Shown: piece by piece, positions 18,359 through 25,474 of the stretch
Numbering within the stretch: the first letter of the stretch is position 1
Layout: every line of letters begins with the position of its first letter
Source of the DNA: a virus
Lineage: Duplodnaviria > Caudoviricetes
Virus record (IMG/VR): IMGVR_UViG_3300017912_001673
Coordinates: 1-25,474 of that record
DNA: 25,474 nucleotides
Reading direction: 5' to 3' (one strand)
Translations under genes and position numbers: made by a program
The notes under the pieces: generated by a model
Database searches by the model: none
What the model was told of the DNA's origin: nothing
Seen by the model: only the letters and a program-made list of their open reading frames with translations

Positions 18359-19941
18359 TGCTGTACCATCCTTACGGCCTGTGCGGCCTGTGCTGTTGTG
18401 TAAACATCTTCTTGGTCACGCTGGCGCTGAAGCTGTTCGGCCTCTGCTTGTGCGCGTGCCTCGCGGGCTTCATCAACCTCGCGTTGTGACCGTAGCGTTG
18501 TCTTTGGAACCCCCAAGGCATCTGTTACATGGCGCACAAGTCCGTCTGGGTCAAGGTGGTCACCCACCGGCAGGCTCTGTGCCAGAGGCAGCAAAATCTC
18601 GAGAGCCCGCATAGTGTTGTTCAGGCTGCTAGATTTTTGTGCCCTTGCCAGCGGGGAGACGTACTCAATGTCAATGTCACGGCCTTGAAGAACTTCAGGG
18701 GCCGGGGCAAGCATGTTGTTGCGCAGCATAAGCGAGAACACGCGGTCGATTAGTGGGCGCAGCATCTCGTTCATAAGCCTGCCAAGAACAGGGCCAATAA
18801 CGCGCATGCGCTCTTCTTGCCGCTGCATCACTTCGGTTGCAGTCATTTGCGGAGAGCCAGCAGTCAGTATTTGGTCAACATAGAACGCCTGACGGATAGC
18901 AGCACGACGCTGGTCTTCCATGTTCAGGCCAATCGGGATGTTGGCACCAGTGTTCAGAGGCGTAATTGTTTCGCGGGAGCCCGAGCGGAAGAAGTTTAGG
19001 CCGCCTGGCTGTGTGCGAATTGGCAAAAGAAACCCATCGTCAGGCACAAGCAGCGGCGGGTCAATCTGTTTTTGAGCTGCTTGGATAATGGTTTTTGACA
19101 TAAGATTCAACATCTTAACGTCAGGCAGCGCTGTCATTGCAGGGCTGCGGCCCATCACTTCCCCGGTAGCTTTCAGGAAGCGTGGCACAACGTAGGGCAG
19201 CTCCTCAAAACCACCTTCGCTGATTGTCATCTTAGTCTGCATGCACACATACACAGACATAAAGCGCATATTTAAATTATCGGGACGGGTCACATCCCTG
19301 TCGCGCCGGGGCATGACCCCATGCAGTATCTCGACCTCTTCGTCGCCGTTCTTTTCTGCGCGCTTGCGTATAAAATCGCCGACATTTTCCACGCCAAATC
19401 TTTCAATGGCTTGGTTTGCTGTCATTTTGTACAGCCGGTAAACCGTATCGACCATTCCGTGCTGGTCTTCTTGCACGTAATATTCACCAATGTGACGGGT
19501 GCTAAAGCGCAGCGTCTTGTCTGACATCTCGCAGAACATACATGCGGTGCCAAAGACAGTCAGGTCTACATAAGCCTCGTGTACCTCTGTCTCAAAGTTA
19601 GAGCGCTGGAATGCTTGCATCATGCGCATGCTGCTGTCTTGCAGCCATTCGCGCACGTCGTCGTCCCGGTTAATAGCGTCGTCTTTTACATCGAGATGGA
19701 ACCAAGGAGAGGCCCCACTGGTGAGCATGCCATGCAGAAAAGCTGCCATCAAATCAATGGCTTGCAGCGCGGTGCCGTCATATATGAGCTCCATGCGCTT
19801 CTCGCCACGAGACCGCTTCTTTACGATGTCTGCCTTACGCGGCAGCATGTAATCGGCTAGCTCCTGGTAGTGCGTGTCCCAGGTATCTCGCCGTGTTTTA
19901 AGATGCTCGAAACGTCTAACGTGGTCTAATGCTTTAGCCAT
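18355..19941 (-). CDS. Portal / head-to-tail connector (T7 gp8/Bbp21-like), 528 aa
   Basis: YDGTA, PWF, FGTA, GEVMGRSPAM.ALPD.K.LN, MTATEV..R.EE and IEYVSPLARAQ motifs. Confidence 0.95.
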   Translation of the reverse strand: MAKALDHVRRFEHLKTRRDTWDTHYQELADYMLPRKADIVKKRSRGEKRMELIYDGTALQAIDLMAAFLHGMLTSGASPWFHLDVKDDAINRDDDVREWLQDSSMRMMQAFQRSNFETEVHEAYVDLTVFGTACMFCEMSDKTLRFSTRHIGEYYVQEDQHGMVDTVYRLYKMTANQAIERFGVENVGDFIRKRAEKNGDEEVEILHGVMPRRDRDVTRPDNLNMRFMSVYVCMQTKMTISEGGFEELPYVVPRFLKATGEVMGRSPAMTALPDVKMLNLMSKTIIQAAQKQIDPPLLVPDDGFLLPIRTQPGGLNFFRSGSRETITPLNTGANIPIGLNMEDQRRAAIRQAFYVDQILTAGSPQMTATEVMQRQEERMRVIGPVLGRLMNEMLRPLIDRVFSLMLRNNMLAPAPEVLQGRDIDIEYVSPLARAQKSSSLNNTMRALEILLPLAQSLPVGDHLDPDGLVRHVTDALGVPKTTLRSQREVDEAREARAQAEAEQLQRQRDQEDVYTTAQAAQAVRMVQQ

Positions 19942-19943
19942 GA

Positions 19944-20153
19944 CTAACCCATCAATGTTGGTGTGCCGGTTGTTGGTTCCGCTTTATCACCAAGAGCACC
20001 AGCAATAATCGTAGAGCCCCGTCCCTTGCGGCGACCGGCTGCTTTTGCCTGCGCTTCTTCAGACAATGCACGGGCGCGGCCAAGGTCAGGCTCCGGGGGA
20101 GGTGGCGGTGGGGGCGGAGGCGGTGGTGGTGCAGCGGGCGTAAGAAAGCTCAC
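19944..20153 (-). CDS. Small polyproline virion-associated protein preceding the portal (69 aa)
   Basis: GTG start with AGGAG RBS; 12 consecutive Pro; RRKGRGSTII motif; same position as T7 gp7.3-like genes. Confidence 0.7.
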   Translation of the reverse strand: MSFLTPAAPPPPPPPPPPPPEPDLGRARALSEEAQAKAAGRRKGRGSTIIAGALGDKAEPTTGTPTLMG

Positions 20154-21115
20154 ATCTCTTCTCCTATTCGGCTGAATGGGTTCATAATATCTACTGCCCT
20201 AGAAGCTAGGCCCGGGCGAGATTCGGGTAGCCGCATATCTGGAGCAATGTCAATAATCTCCAAGCGTTTGTTAGGAAAGCGCGGCGGATTTTTTTCGTAC
20301 CAAATCTTTAATGCTTCATAGCCCATGCGAGCATCATTGCGGCGGCGATTAATAAATGTTTCCGCTTCTCCTATGGCAGTAGACGTAAAATCATAGCTTG
20401 TGTTGTCAATGCCCGCGAATCGGTCTTGCAAGAATGCAACACGGTTTACAAGCCCTGCTGATACTCTTTTTCTTCCTCTAACAGACACATTAACAGCATC
20501 CATTTCGCCAATTACAGAAGCCATAGCGGCCCTGTTATAATGCTCTGGGACGTTGCTTGCACCCTGCGTGCGTATTAAATAATTTAAATTTCTTCTTAGA
20601 CGCGGCTGGTTAACATCAGCATTGTAAAAATAAACTCGAGCAAACTTTCTTTGCCGGTCAGTAAGTTTTGATACATCTACAGCCTCGTGCGTCTTCCTGC
20701 GAAGGTCGTATTTTTTGCCTAGCTTGTAATCGTTTACAAGCAAAACTGCTTTGGCCAGGTTCTTTTCGTCTTCTGGGTTGGCTATAATATGGTTGCGCAA
20801 AGCGGCAGTTTGCGCTTCTACATCAGCGTTTTGGTATCCTTCAAACCCGCCATCTACAGAAATGCGCGGCACGCGCCGTGTTGACTGCATTAGCTCAAGC
20901 CCCCACGTTAATTTTTCTTTTAAATCATCGGGGAGCACGTGCGAAAATGCCGAAACATCGAGCGCCTTTGCGCGGCTAATATGGTAGCTGCCAGCGGTTC
21001 CCTTATCGAAATTTATTTCTTCACGAGAAAATTGATATGTTCCCGTGCTCGGCTGGTATCCTCTTTCAAGATTTTCAATCTCTTGCAGTGTTTCATTAAG
21101 CTCTTGCTCATTCAT
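20150..21115 (-). CDS. Hypothetical protein, possible divergent lysozyme (GH24-like) fold (321 aa)
   Basis: ATG 21115 with a GGAGG RBS and ATGAATGA overlap. Motifs IENLERGY, LTDRQRKFARVYFYNA and GRKRVSAGLVNR. The CDS is well supported; the function is tentative. Confidence 0.5.
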   Translation of the reverse strand: MNEQELNETLQEIENLERGYQPSTGTYQFSREEINFDKGTAGSYHISRAKALDVSAFSHVLPDDLKEKLTWGLELMQSTRRVPRISVDGGFEGYQNADVEAQTAALRNHIIANPEDEKNLAKAVLLVNDYKLGKKYDLRRKTHEAVDVSKLTDRQRKFARVYFYNADVNQPRLRRNLNYLIRTQGASNVPEHYNRAAMASVIGEMDAVNVSVRGRKRVSAGLVNRVAFLQDRFAGIDNTSYDFTSTAIGEAETFINRRRNDARMGYEALKIWYEKNPPRFPNKRLEIIDIAPDMRLPESRPGLASRAVDIMNPFSRIGEEM

Positions 21116-21707
21116 AAAGTACGCCTCCGCCTTCCATAAGGGAGCCGCCACGGCGGCGCTGGAAACGAGTACGACGACCAGTAGAGGTTTCAATAAGCTC
21201 GTTAGTCGCTGCGTCATACTCAAAGCCTTCAGGTATTTCTTCTTGAGTAGGCGGTATAATTTTTGGTTCTGGCGCGCGCTCGTCGGTGTCTTCTGCACGC
21301 ATACGCGCAAAGCCTTCTGCTGCCGAGGTCATAATGGTGCCCCCGCCCGGTGATTCTCTTGCAATGTCTCGGTATTGGCTGCGTCCAGTGTAAGTGCCGT
21401 CGCTCTCAAGTGCGCCGACAGTAATTAACTTGCCTGACTTTGACCTTACCTGCACAGGCCGTGCGCCGCGTTCTAGCGCGGAAACAATATTCTTTCTGAC
21501 CATACTGCCTATTGCGCCCAGCGTGCTTGGGAACATGGAGTTTTCGTCGCGACCACGAACCTCTGCTATAGCCGCCTCGCGCTCTTTTTGACGGGCCGCT
21601 CCTGCCTGCCGGAAGCGACTAGCTTCTGCTGCACCGATGCTGCCTTGCGTTATCTTAGTTGGTTGGCGACTGCCCCCACCTGGGCTTACCCCTACGTTCT
21701 CACTCAT
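21108..21707 (-). CDS. Hypothetical protein, likely virion-associated (199 aa)
   Basis: Starts 9 nt after the terL stop with an AGGA RBS; Cys-free and Gly/Arg-rich; coupled to the next gene. Confidence 0.7.
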   Translation of the reverse strand: MSENVGVSPGGGSRQPTKITQGSIGAAEASRFRQAGAARQKEREAAIAEVRGRDENSMFPSTLGAIGSMVRKNIVSALERGARPVQVRSKSGKLITVGALESDGTYTGRSQYRDIARESPGGGTIMTSAAEGFARMRAEDTDERAPEPKIIPPTQEEIPEGFEYDAATNELIETSTGRRTRFQRRRGGSLMEGGGVLYE

Positions 21708-21716
21708 TTTTTAATC

Positions 21717-23003
21717 CTATAGTGTGAAAGGGTTGTATTCCATCTGTGCAACTTGCTGTGCAGGTCGTTGGAAGTTTGCGCGATTTTCCAGGCCAACAGC
21801 AAGATACCGGAAAGCATCGGCTGCATGAGACGTATAATCATGACGCGGATGGTCTCTGAAAACTTTTCTCTTATCATCCCACTCTTGCCTATATTGGCGA
21901 AGCATTTCAATGCCGTCGCCGCACCTGTCTCTGTCAAAGTAACATTTAGGTATTAACATACGCGCAGCGTTGATGCCATCCGCCACCTTCATTTTGGGGA
22001 TGACTCTGAATTTGATTCCGAGCGAATAAGCCGTTTCCACTCTGCTTTTACCTGACCCCAATTCCCTGACCTCAACATCGTGAGGAGCGAGGTGGTCACC
22101 GTAATGATAGTCTTTCTTTGAGAGTATATCTGCATAATGGTCGAGACCAACCCCAGAACTCTCGTAATAATCAATAACATTGACTGCGCCCCCTCGGAAC
22201 ACTTGCGCAAACCAAATGGCTGTTGCGTCGTTGATGCCCAAGTCCCAAGCTGTATGCACGGGATAGGCAGGGTCGTATGGCACCCGGCTTATTCTGCCGC
22301 TGTCATCAGCATCAGCCAGTAACTTGCCGTAGTACGCGCCAATGATTGCGGCTGTGAAGGAACACTCGTATTCTTGCTCGTACTGCTCCGGCGTCATCTG
22401 CGCCTGTGCAGCCTCGAGCTCTCCTTCTTTTACAATCCCTGTCTCACTGGCTTTGCAAATCTTAAAATACCAGTCATCACTCTTTTCGGCAATCTGACCC
22501 TTGGCCGTCTCCAACAAATCAAAGAAATGGTTGTGGCCCGCCGGGGTTCCCAAGAAACATGCCGAGCCCTGTCTGTCAGAGAGCGCCGGTCGCACAACCT
22601 CCCCCCATACCCTGGGGTTCTGCATGCCAAACTCGTCGAAGACACACTCATCAAGATAGATGCCACGAAGGGCGTCCGGGTTTTCAGCAGATAGCAGCAT
22701 CAACCTGCCGCCGTTGGGGAAGTCAGCTCGTAGTTCTGTCTCGTTGAACTGAACGCCGGGAATGACCCCCGCGTAAAACTTGACGTAGTCCCACGCTATT
22801 CGTTTCGCCTGGGCGAAGGTAGGAGCTACAAAAGCCGTCCTCGGTCGAGGCAACGGGCAGGTCAGCGTCGTCTTGATGAGCTGGTTCACTGCCCACACTG
22901 TCTTGCCGAAACGGCGGTGCATCACTAGCACATTCCATCTTTTTAATTCCTTATGCATTTCCTTTTGCAAGGGACGAGGCTTGTACGGAATCTTAACGTC
23001 CAT
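21717..23003 (-). CDS. terL: Terminase large subunit (428 aa)
   Basis: Walker A HRRFGKT, Walker B CVFDE, coupling motif GTP, nuclease motifs TAWDLG and SHAADAFRY; TGATG overlap with terS. Confidence 0.96.
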   Translation of the reverse strand: MDVKIPYKPRPLQKEMHKELKRWNVLVMHRRFGKTVWAVNQLIKTTLTCPLPRPRTAFVAPTFAQAKRIAWDYVKFYAGVIPGVQFNETELRADFPNGGRLMLLSAENPDALRGIYLDECVFDEFGMQNPRVWGEVVRPALSDRQGSACFLGTPAGHNHFFDLLETAKGQIAEKSDDWYFKICKASETGIVKEGELEAAQAQMTPEQYEQEYECSFTAAIIGAYYGKLLADADDSGRISRVPYDPAYPVHTAWDLGINDATAIWFAQVFRGGAVNVIDYYESSGVGLDHYADILSKKDYHYGDHLAPHDVEVRELGSGKSRVETAYSLGIKFRVIPKMKVADGINAARMLIPKCYFDRDRCGDGIEMLRQYRQEWDDKRKVFRDHPRHDYTSHAADAFRYLAVGLENRANFQRPAQQVAQMEYNPFTL

Positions 23004-23383
23004 CAATCAGTCTCCCACAAGATACGCACCGTGCCGTCACTAACCTCGACGCCAGCCCTACTCTTGTGCTCACCGTATTGCTCCGGCATGGATGTCTTTG
23101 CTTTCCAGCGCACGTGTTGCGCATAGTCCCGGAGGATGTTGGGGTCGTAGCGCCTGCGCCCCTCGAGTGCATTCAAATACATACCGTCAAGCTCGTCTAA
23201 AGCCTTCTCAGCGCTTTGAGCACGTGCAGAGTAGATAGCACCCCGTAGCTCCTCGTCCGCCCCCATACGCTTGTATAGGCCCGTTCTGGATATGCCTGTC
23301 TTCTTGCAGGCATGCACCAGGCTGTGGCCATCGGATAAGAGCGCAATGATTTCGTCTGTTCTGGTTTTGGTTATTTTGGTCAT
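23003..23383 (-). CDS. terS: Terminase small subunit, Sf6-like (126 aa)
   Basis: ATG 23383 after a GAGG RBS; HTH LSDGHSLVHACKKTGISRTGLY; RWKAKTSMPEQYGE motif; directly upstream of terL. Confidence 0.85.
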   Translation of the reverse strand: MTKITKTRTDEIIALLSDGHSLVHACKKTGISRTGLYKRMGADEELRGAIYSARAQSAEKALDELDGMYLNALEGRRRYDPNILRDYAQHVRWKAKTSMPEQYGEHKSRAGVEVSDGTVRILWETD

Positions 23384-23476
23384 GGTCCTCTCTGTGAGTG
23401 TGTAGGGGTCATTTAACACACATAGCGACGGCCCCGCGCGCTGGGGGTGCATCGGTCCGCGCAGCCCCCCCTACCC

Positions 23477-23532
23477 TGTTGCATCGCTGCCACACTGTTG
23501 CCGTTCTGCCACAGTGTTGCAAAAATGTCACA
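23477..23532. repeat. Three tandem 18-bp quasi-palindromic boxes with a 19-bp period
   Basis: TGTTGCATCGCTGCCACA (23477-23494), TGTTGCCGTTCTGCCACA (23496-23513), TGTTGCAAAAATGTCACA (23515-23532). Confidence 0.85.
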
Positions 23533-23622
23533 GCATGCTAGGCTCGGCTATACAATGCCGCGCGGTGGTGTGCTCTTTGTGTGTGTGCTGACACTCAAAA
23601 CCCACCGCATTCAACACCGCAA

Positions 23623-23823
23623 TCATCCCTCGAGCTCGGCAACGCAACGCGCATTCGCCACCATATCCTCACGCATGCGCAGCGCCCATGTCTCGCTCAC
23701 CATCCTGTCACGCTCTGCGGTGCAGTGCTTCATGCTGTCGAAGTGTGACGTGCTGGCCAGCTCAAAGCATGCCGCATCACCGCCACCTGACAGGATGCAA
23801 ACCGCTACCAATAATTTTATCAT
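23623..23823 (-). CDS. Small Cys-rich protein with hydrophobic N-terminus, possibly exported (66 aa)
   Basis: ATG 23823 after a GGAGGG RBS; MIKLLVAVCILSG; four spaced Cys. Confidence 0.7.
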   Translation of the reverse strand: MIKLLVAVCILSGGGDAACFELASTSHFDSMKHCTAERDRMVSETWALRMREDMVANARCVAELEG

Positions 23824-23853
23824 GTTGAAACCCTCCAAGGCTTTTGCACCCTG

Positions 23854-23882
23854 ATTTTATCCAATGCTGTCAGAGCTGTACA
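23854..23882 (-). promoter_or_regulatory. Candidate leftward sigma70-like promoter
   Basis: Minus strand TGTACA (23882-23877), 17 bp spacer, TAAAAT (23859-23854), with an A8 tract just upstream. Confidence 0.4.
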
Positions 23883-23901
23883 CTTTTTTTTGCTTTCCCT
23901 A

Positions 23902-23930
23902 TTGCAATGCGCAACCATTGCGCCCATTAT
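23902..23930 (+). promoter_or_regulatory. Candidate rightward (early) sigma70-like promoter with a palindrome in the spacer
   Basis: TTGCAA (23902-23907), 17 bp spacer, CATTAT (23925-23930); GCGCAA-CCA-TTGCGC at 23909-23923; T8 tract at 23884-23891. Confidence 0.6.
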
Positions 23931-23963
23931 CCTAGTCATCACACGCAAGCTGGAGGGCAAGCG

Positions 23964-24527
23964 ATGAGCCAGATTATAGACAACTTCAACCTGCCGGCCG
24001 ATGCCAAGCTCGGGCCTAACTGCGGCGTCACTGCGATAGCCGCCAGCACGGGCCAGAGCTTTGCCCGGGTGTGGAACCTATGCGCCAAGCATCTGACCCA
24101 CCGCAAGCGGTTTAGAGGCGGCACCATCCATTCAGAGCGCCTCAAGGTTCTAGACGAGCTCGGGGCAGACTATGAGGTGGTCGAGCATGAGCGCATGACG
24201 CTACAAGCATTCTGCCAGCGCGTCGCACGGCCTCGCACCACCTACATGGTGACAACCACGCGCCACGTGCAATTGGTGCGCATCATCGAGGGCGTGGCCT
24301 ATGTATTGGACCAGAGCGGATGCAAGGCCATCGACGAATACAGAGGCCGCCGCAAGTTCATCTATCGGCCAACCCTGCGCATGGGCGAACCAGTATCGCA
24401 ACCAGAGCCAGCACAGATTAAACCTATTCAGGCCACAATGTCGCCACAAAGGCATACCAGCCTGTTTCCTAGCTTGTTCCCGGAGCAAAGCCCGGCGCAA
24501 GCTGCAACGCAACTGTCATTGTTCTAA
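23964..24527 (+). CDS. Papain/C39-like cysteine peptidase-fold protein with C-terminal beta-clamp-binding motif (187 aa)
   Basis: ATG 23964 after a GGAGGG RBS; NCGVTAIA (C20), TRHVQLV (H101), VLDQ (D116); Pro/Gln-rich tail ending QLSLF-stop. Confidence 0.65.
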   Translation: MSQIIDNFNLPADAKLGPNCGVTAIAASTGQSFARVWNLCAKHLTHRKRFRGGTIHSERLKVLDELGADYEVVEHERMTLQAFCQRVARPRTTYMVTTTRHVQLVRIIEGVAYVLDQSGCKAIDEYRGRRKFIYRPTLRMGEPVSQPEPAQIKPIQATMSPQRHTSLFPSLFPEQSPAQAATQLSLF

Positions 24528-24541
24528 TGGAGGGAATAAAA

Positions 24542-24820
24542 ATGGCACGAGTAACACAGATGACCGGACGCACCGGCAAGCCTGTCGCCAACCAGTTTAT
24601 TATCATCGACGGCGGTGACCTGTACTTTCAGAGCTATTCGACAATCATAGCCAAGTGCACGGTAGAGGGTGGCGAGCGCGTCACATACCTCGACCGGGAC
24701 GCATGGGACTACAGCGTTACCACCAGCAAATACCGGAACCAGTTCCTTAACTGCGACACTGCCGAGGTCAAGCGCCGCATCAAGTCCGGCACCTACCGCC
24801 TCGCAAACCTTAACGCATAG
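24542..24820 (+). CDS. Widespread-type small phage early protein of unknown function (92 aa)
   Basis: GGAGGG RBS; VANQFII, FQSYSTIIA and WDYSVTTSKYRNQFL motifs. An alternative ATG at 24527 overlaps the upstream stop. Confidence 0.75.
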   Translation: MARVTQMTGRTGKPVANQFIIIDGGDLYFQSYSTIIAKCTVEGGERVTYLDRDAWDYSVTTSKYRNQFLNCDTAEVKRRIKSGTYRLANLNA

Positions 24821-24830
24821 GGGCGGGCGC

Positions 24831-25172
24831 ATGGCAAACTCGAGGACAAGAAGCGTAAAGCGCAAGCCACGTTATACGCAGATGGAGGCTTATGACATGC
24901 TGCCGCAAGTCATACAGCGGGCCCTGCAAGAAGGCCCACAACAATGGTGCGCTAACTGGTGCTTGAACCGATACCGCAAAGAGGCAAAGCGGTACGGCCA
25001 AGAACGCGCCGCCCTGTATGTGGCGCGGGTTATCTGGGACGCACACCGCCGCGAGGTCCGAGACGGCCATTGCTGGCGCACACGCAAACCCGGCCAGAAA
25101 TGGTCTGACATTCCGCCATCGCCACACGTCGAGGCAAAGGCAACAATGGCGGCAATCCACAGCAGGCCATAG
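24831..25172 (+). CDS. Basic hypothetical protein, DUF6525-like N-terminus (113 aa)
   Basis: ATG 10 nt after the previous stop; KRKPR...MEAYDMLPQVIQRAL...W pattern recalled from DUF6525, not verified. Confidence 0.6.
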   Translation: MANSRTRSVKRKPRYTQMEAYDMLPQVIQRALQEGPQQWCANWCLNRYRKEAKRYGQERAALYVARVIWDAHRREVRDGHCWRTRKPGQKWSDIPPSPHVEAKATMAAIHSRP

Positions 25173-25182
25173 GAGGTAGCAC

Positions 25183-25464
25183 ATGAATAGCCAAGACAAC
25201 CCACTGACCGAGCATGACGCCGCATTTATGAAGGCATGCTTAGACGCAATCAACGGGCACCCCCACAAGGGGGCGCTCGAGGTTACCTACAACCTTAGCC
25301 TCATGTACTTTTCCGCCCTGTGTCGCCTTGCTGAGCAATGCGCAGAGGGCCGGGAAGCTGGCCTGCTCATGTCGATGATGATTGCAGACGAGGCCAAGCA
25401 GGACGCCGTAAAGCACTACATGGCCGAATGCCTCGAGGAAGAACGCGAAAGCACCAAGCATTAG
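25183..25464 (+). CDS. Hypothetical protein (93 aa)
   Basis: AGGAGGT RBS; followed by AAGGAG, the RBS of a further gene beyond the window. Confidence 0.75.
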   Translation: MNSQDNPLTEHDAAFMKACLDAINGHPHKGALEVTYNLSLMYFSALCRLAEQCAEGREAGLLMSMMIADEAKQDAVKHYMAECLEEERESTKH

Positions 25465-25474
25465 AAAGGAGAAC

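Noticed and set aside
20090-20135. G-quadruplex-like G-rich tract on the plus strand
   Set aside because: It is fully explained by proline codons on the minus strand.
21116-21310. Track's longer starts at 21310, and likewise 15631, 23452, 23844 and 24669
   Set aside because: These extensions overlap other genes or regulatory DNA, and the downstream starts have better RBS or coupling context.
63-22747. Many plus-strand ORFs in the track
   Set aside because: They are antisense shadows of well-supported minus-strand genes, with no recognisable motifs.
23477-23532. Mini-CRISPR interpretation of the repeats
   Set aside because: The units are separated by 1 bp, with no spacers and no cas genes.
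1-25474. tRNA, rRNA, integrase, transposase, intron/intein or phage RNA polymerase
   Set aside because: None was recognisable by eye, and TerL, portal and capsid are of normal length and uninterrupted.

Overview
This window is part of a tailed dsDNA phage (or prophage) genome with a podovirus-type structural module. The gene order resembles T7/BPP-1/epsilon15 and marine HTVC010P/uvMED-type phages. An alphaproteobacterial host is plausible but is only an inference. A tightly coupled minus-strand operon runs from about 23.8 kb off the left end. It holds a small Cys-rich exported protein, terS, terL, three pre-portal genes (one a divergent lysozyme-like protein), portal, Bbp19-like protein, scaffold, a small ORF, major capsid, a probable decoration protein, a PD-(D/E)XK-like ORF, tail tubular proteins A and B, a GNAT, four ejection proteins, a collar-type fibre and a second fibre of >1200 aa (3610 to <1) that the ORF track lacks. 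A divergent control region at about 23.4-23.96 kb carries tandem TGT-N12-ACA boxes and back-to-back sigma70-like promoters, and is followed by four small plus-strand genes that look like early genes. The most notable signals are: (1) the first early gene has a papain/C39-like Cys-His-Asp core and a disordered tail ending in the canonical beta-clamp motif QLSLF; (2) the only two cysteines in 2310 aa of ejection proteins flank one gene junction; (3) a lysozyme-like gene sits between terminase and portal. All family calls come from motif recognition by eye; no searches were run.
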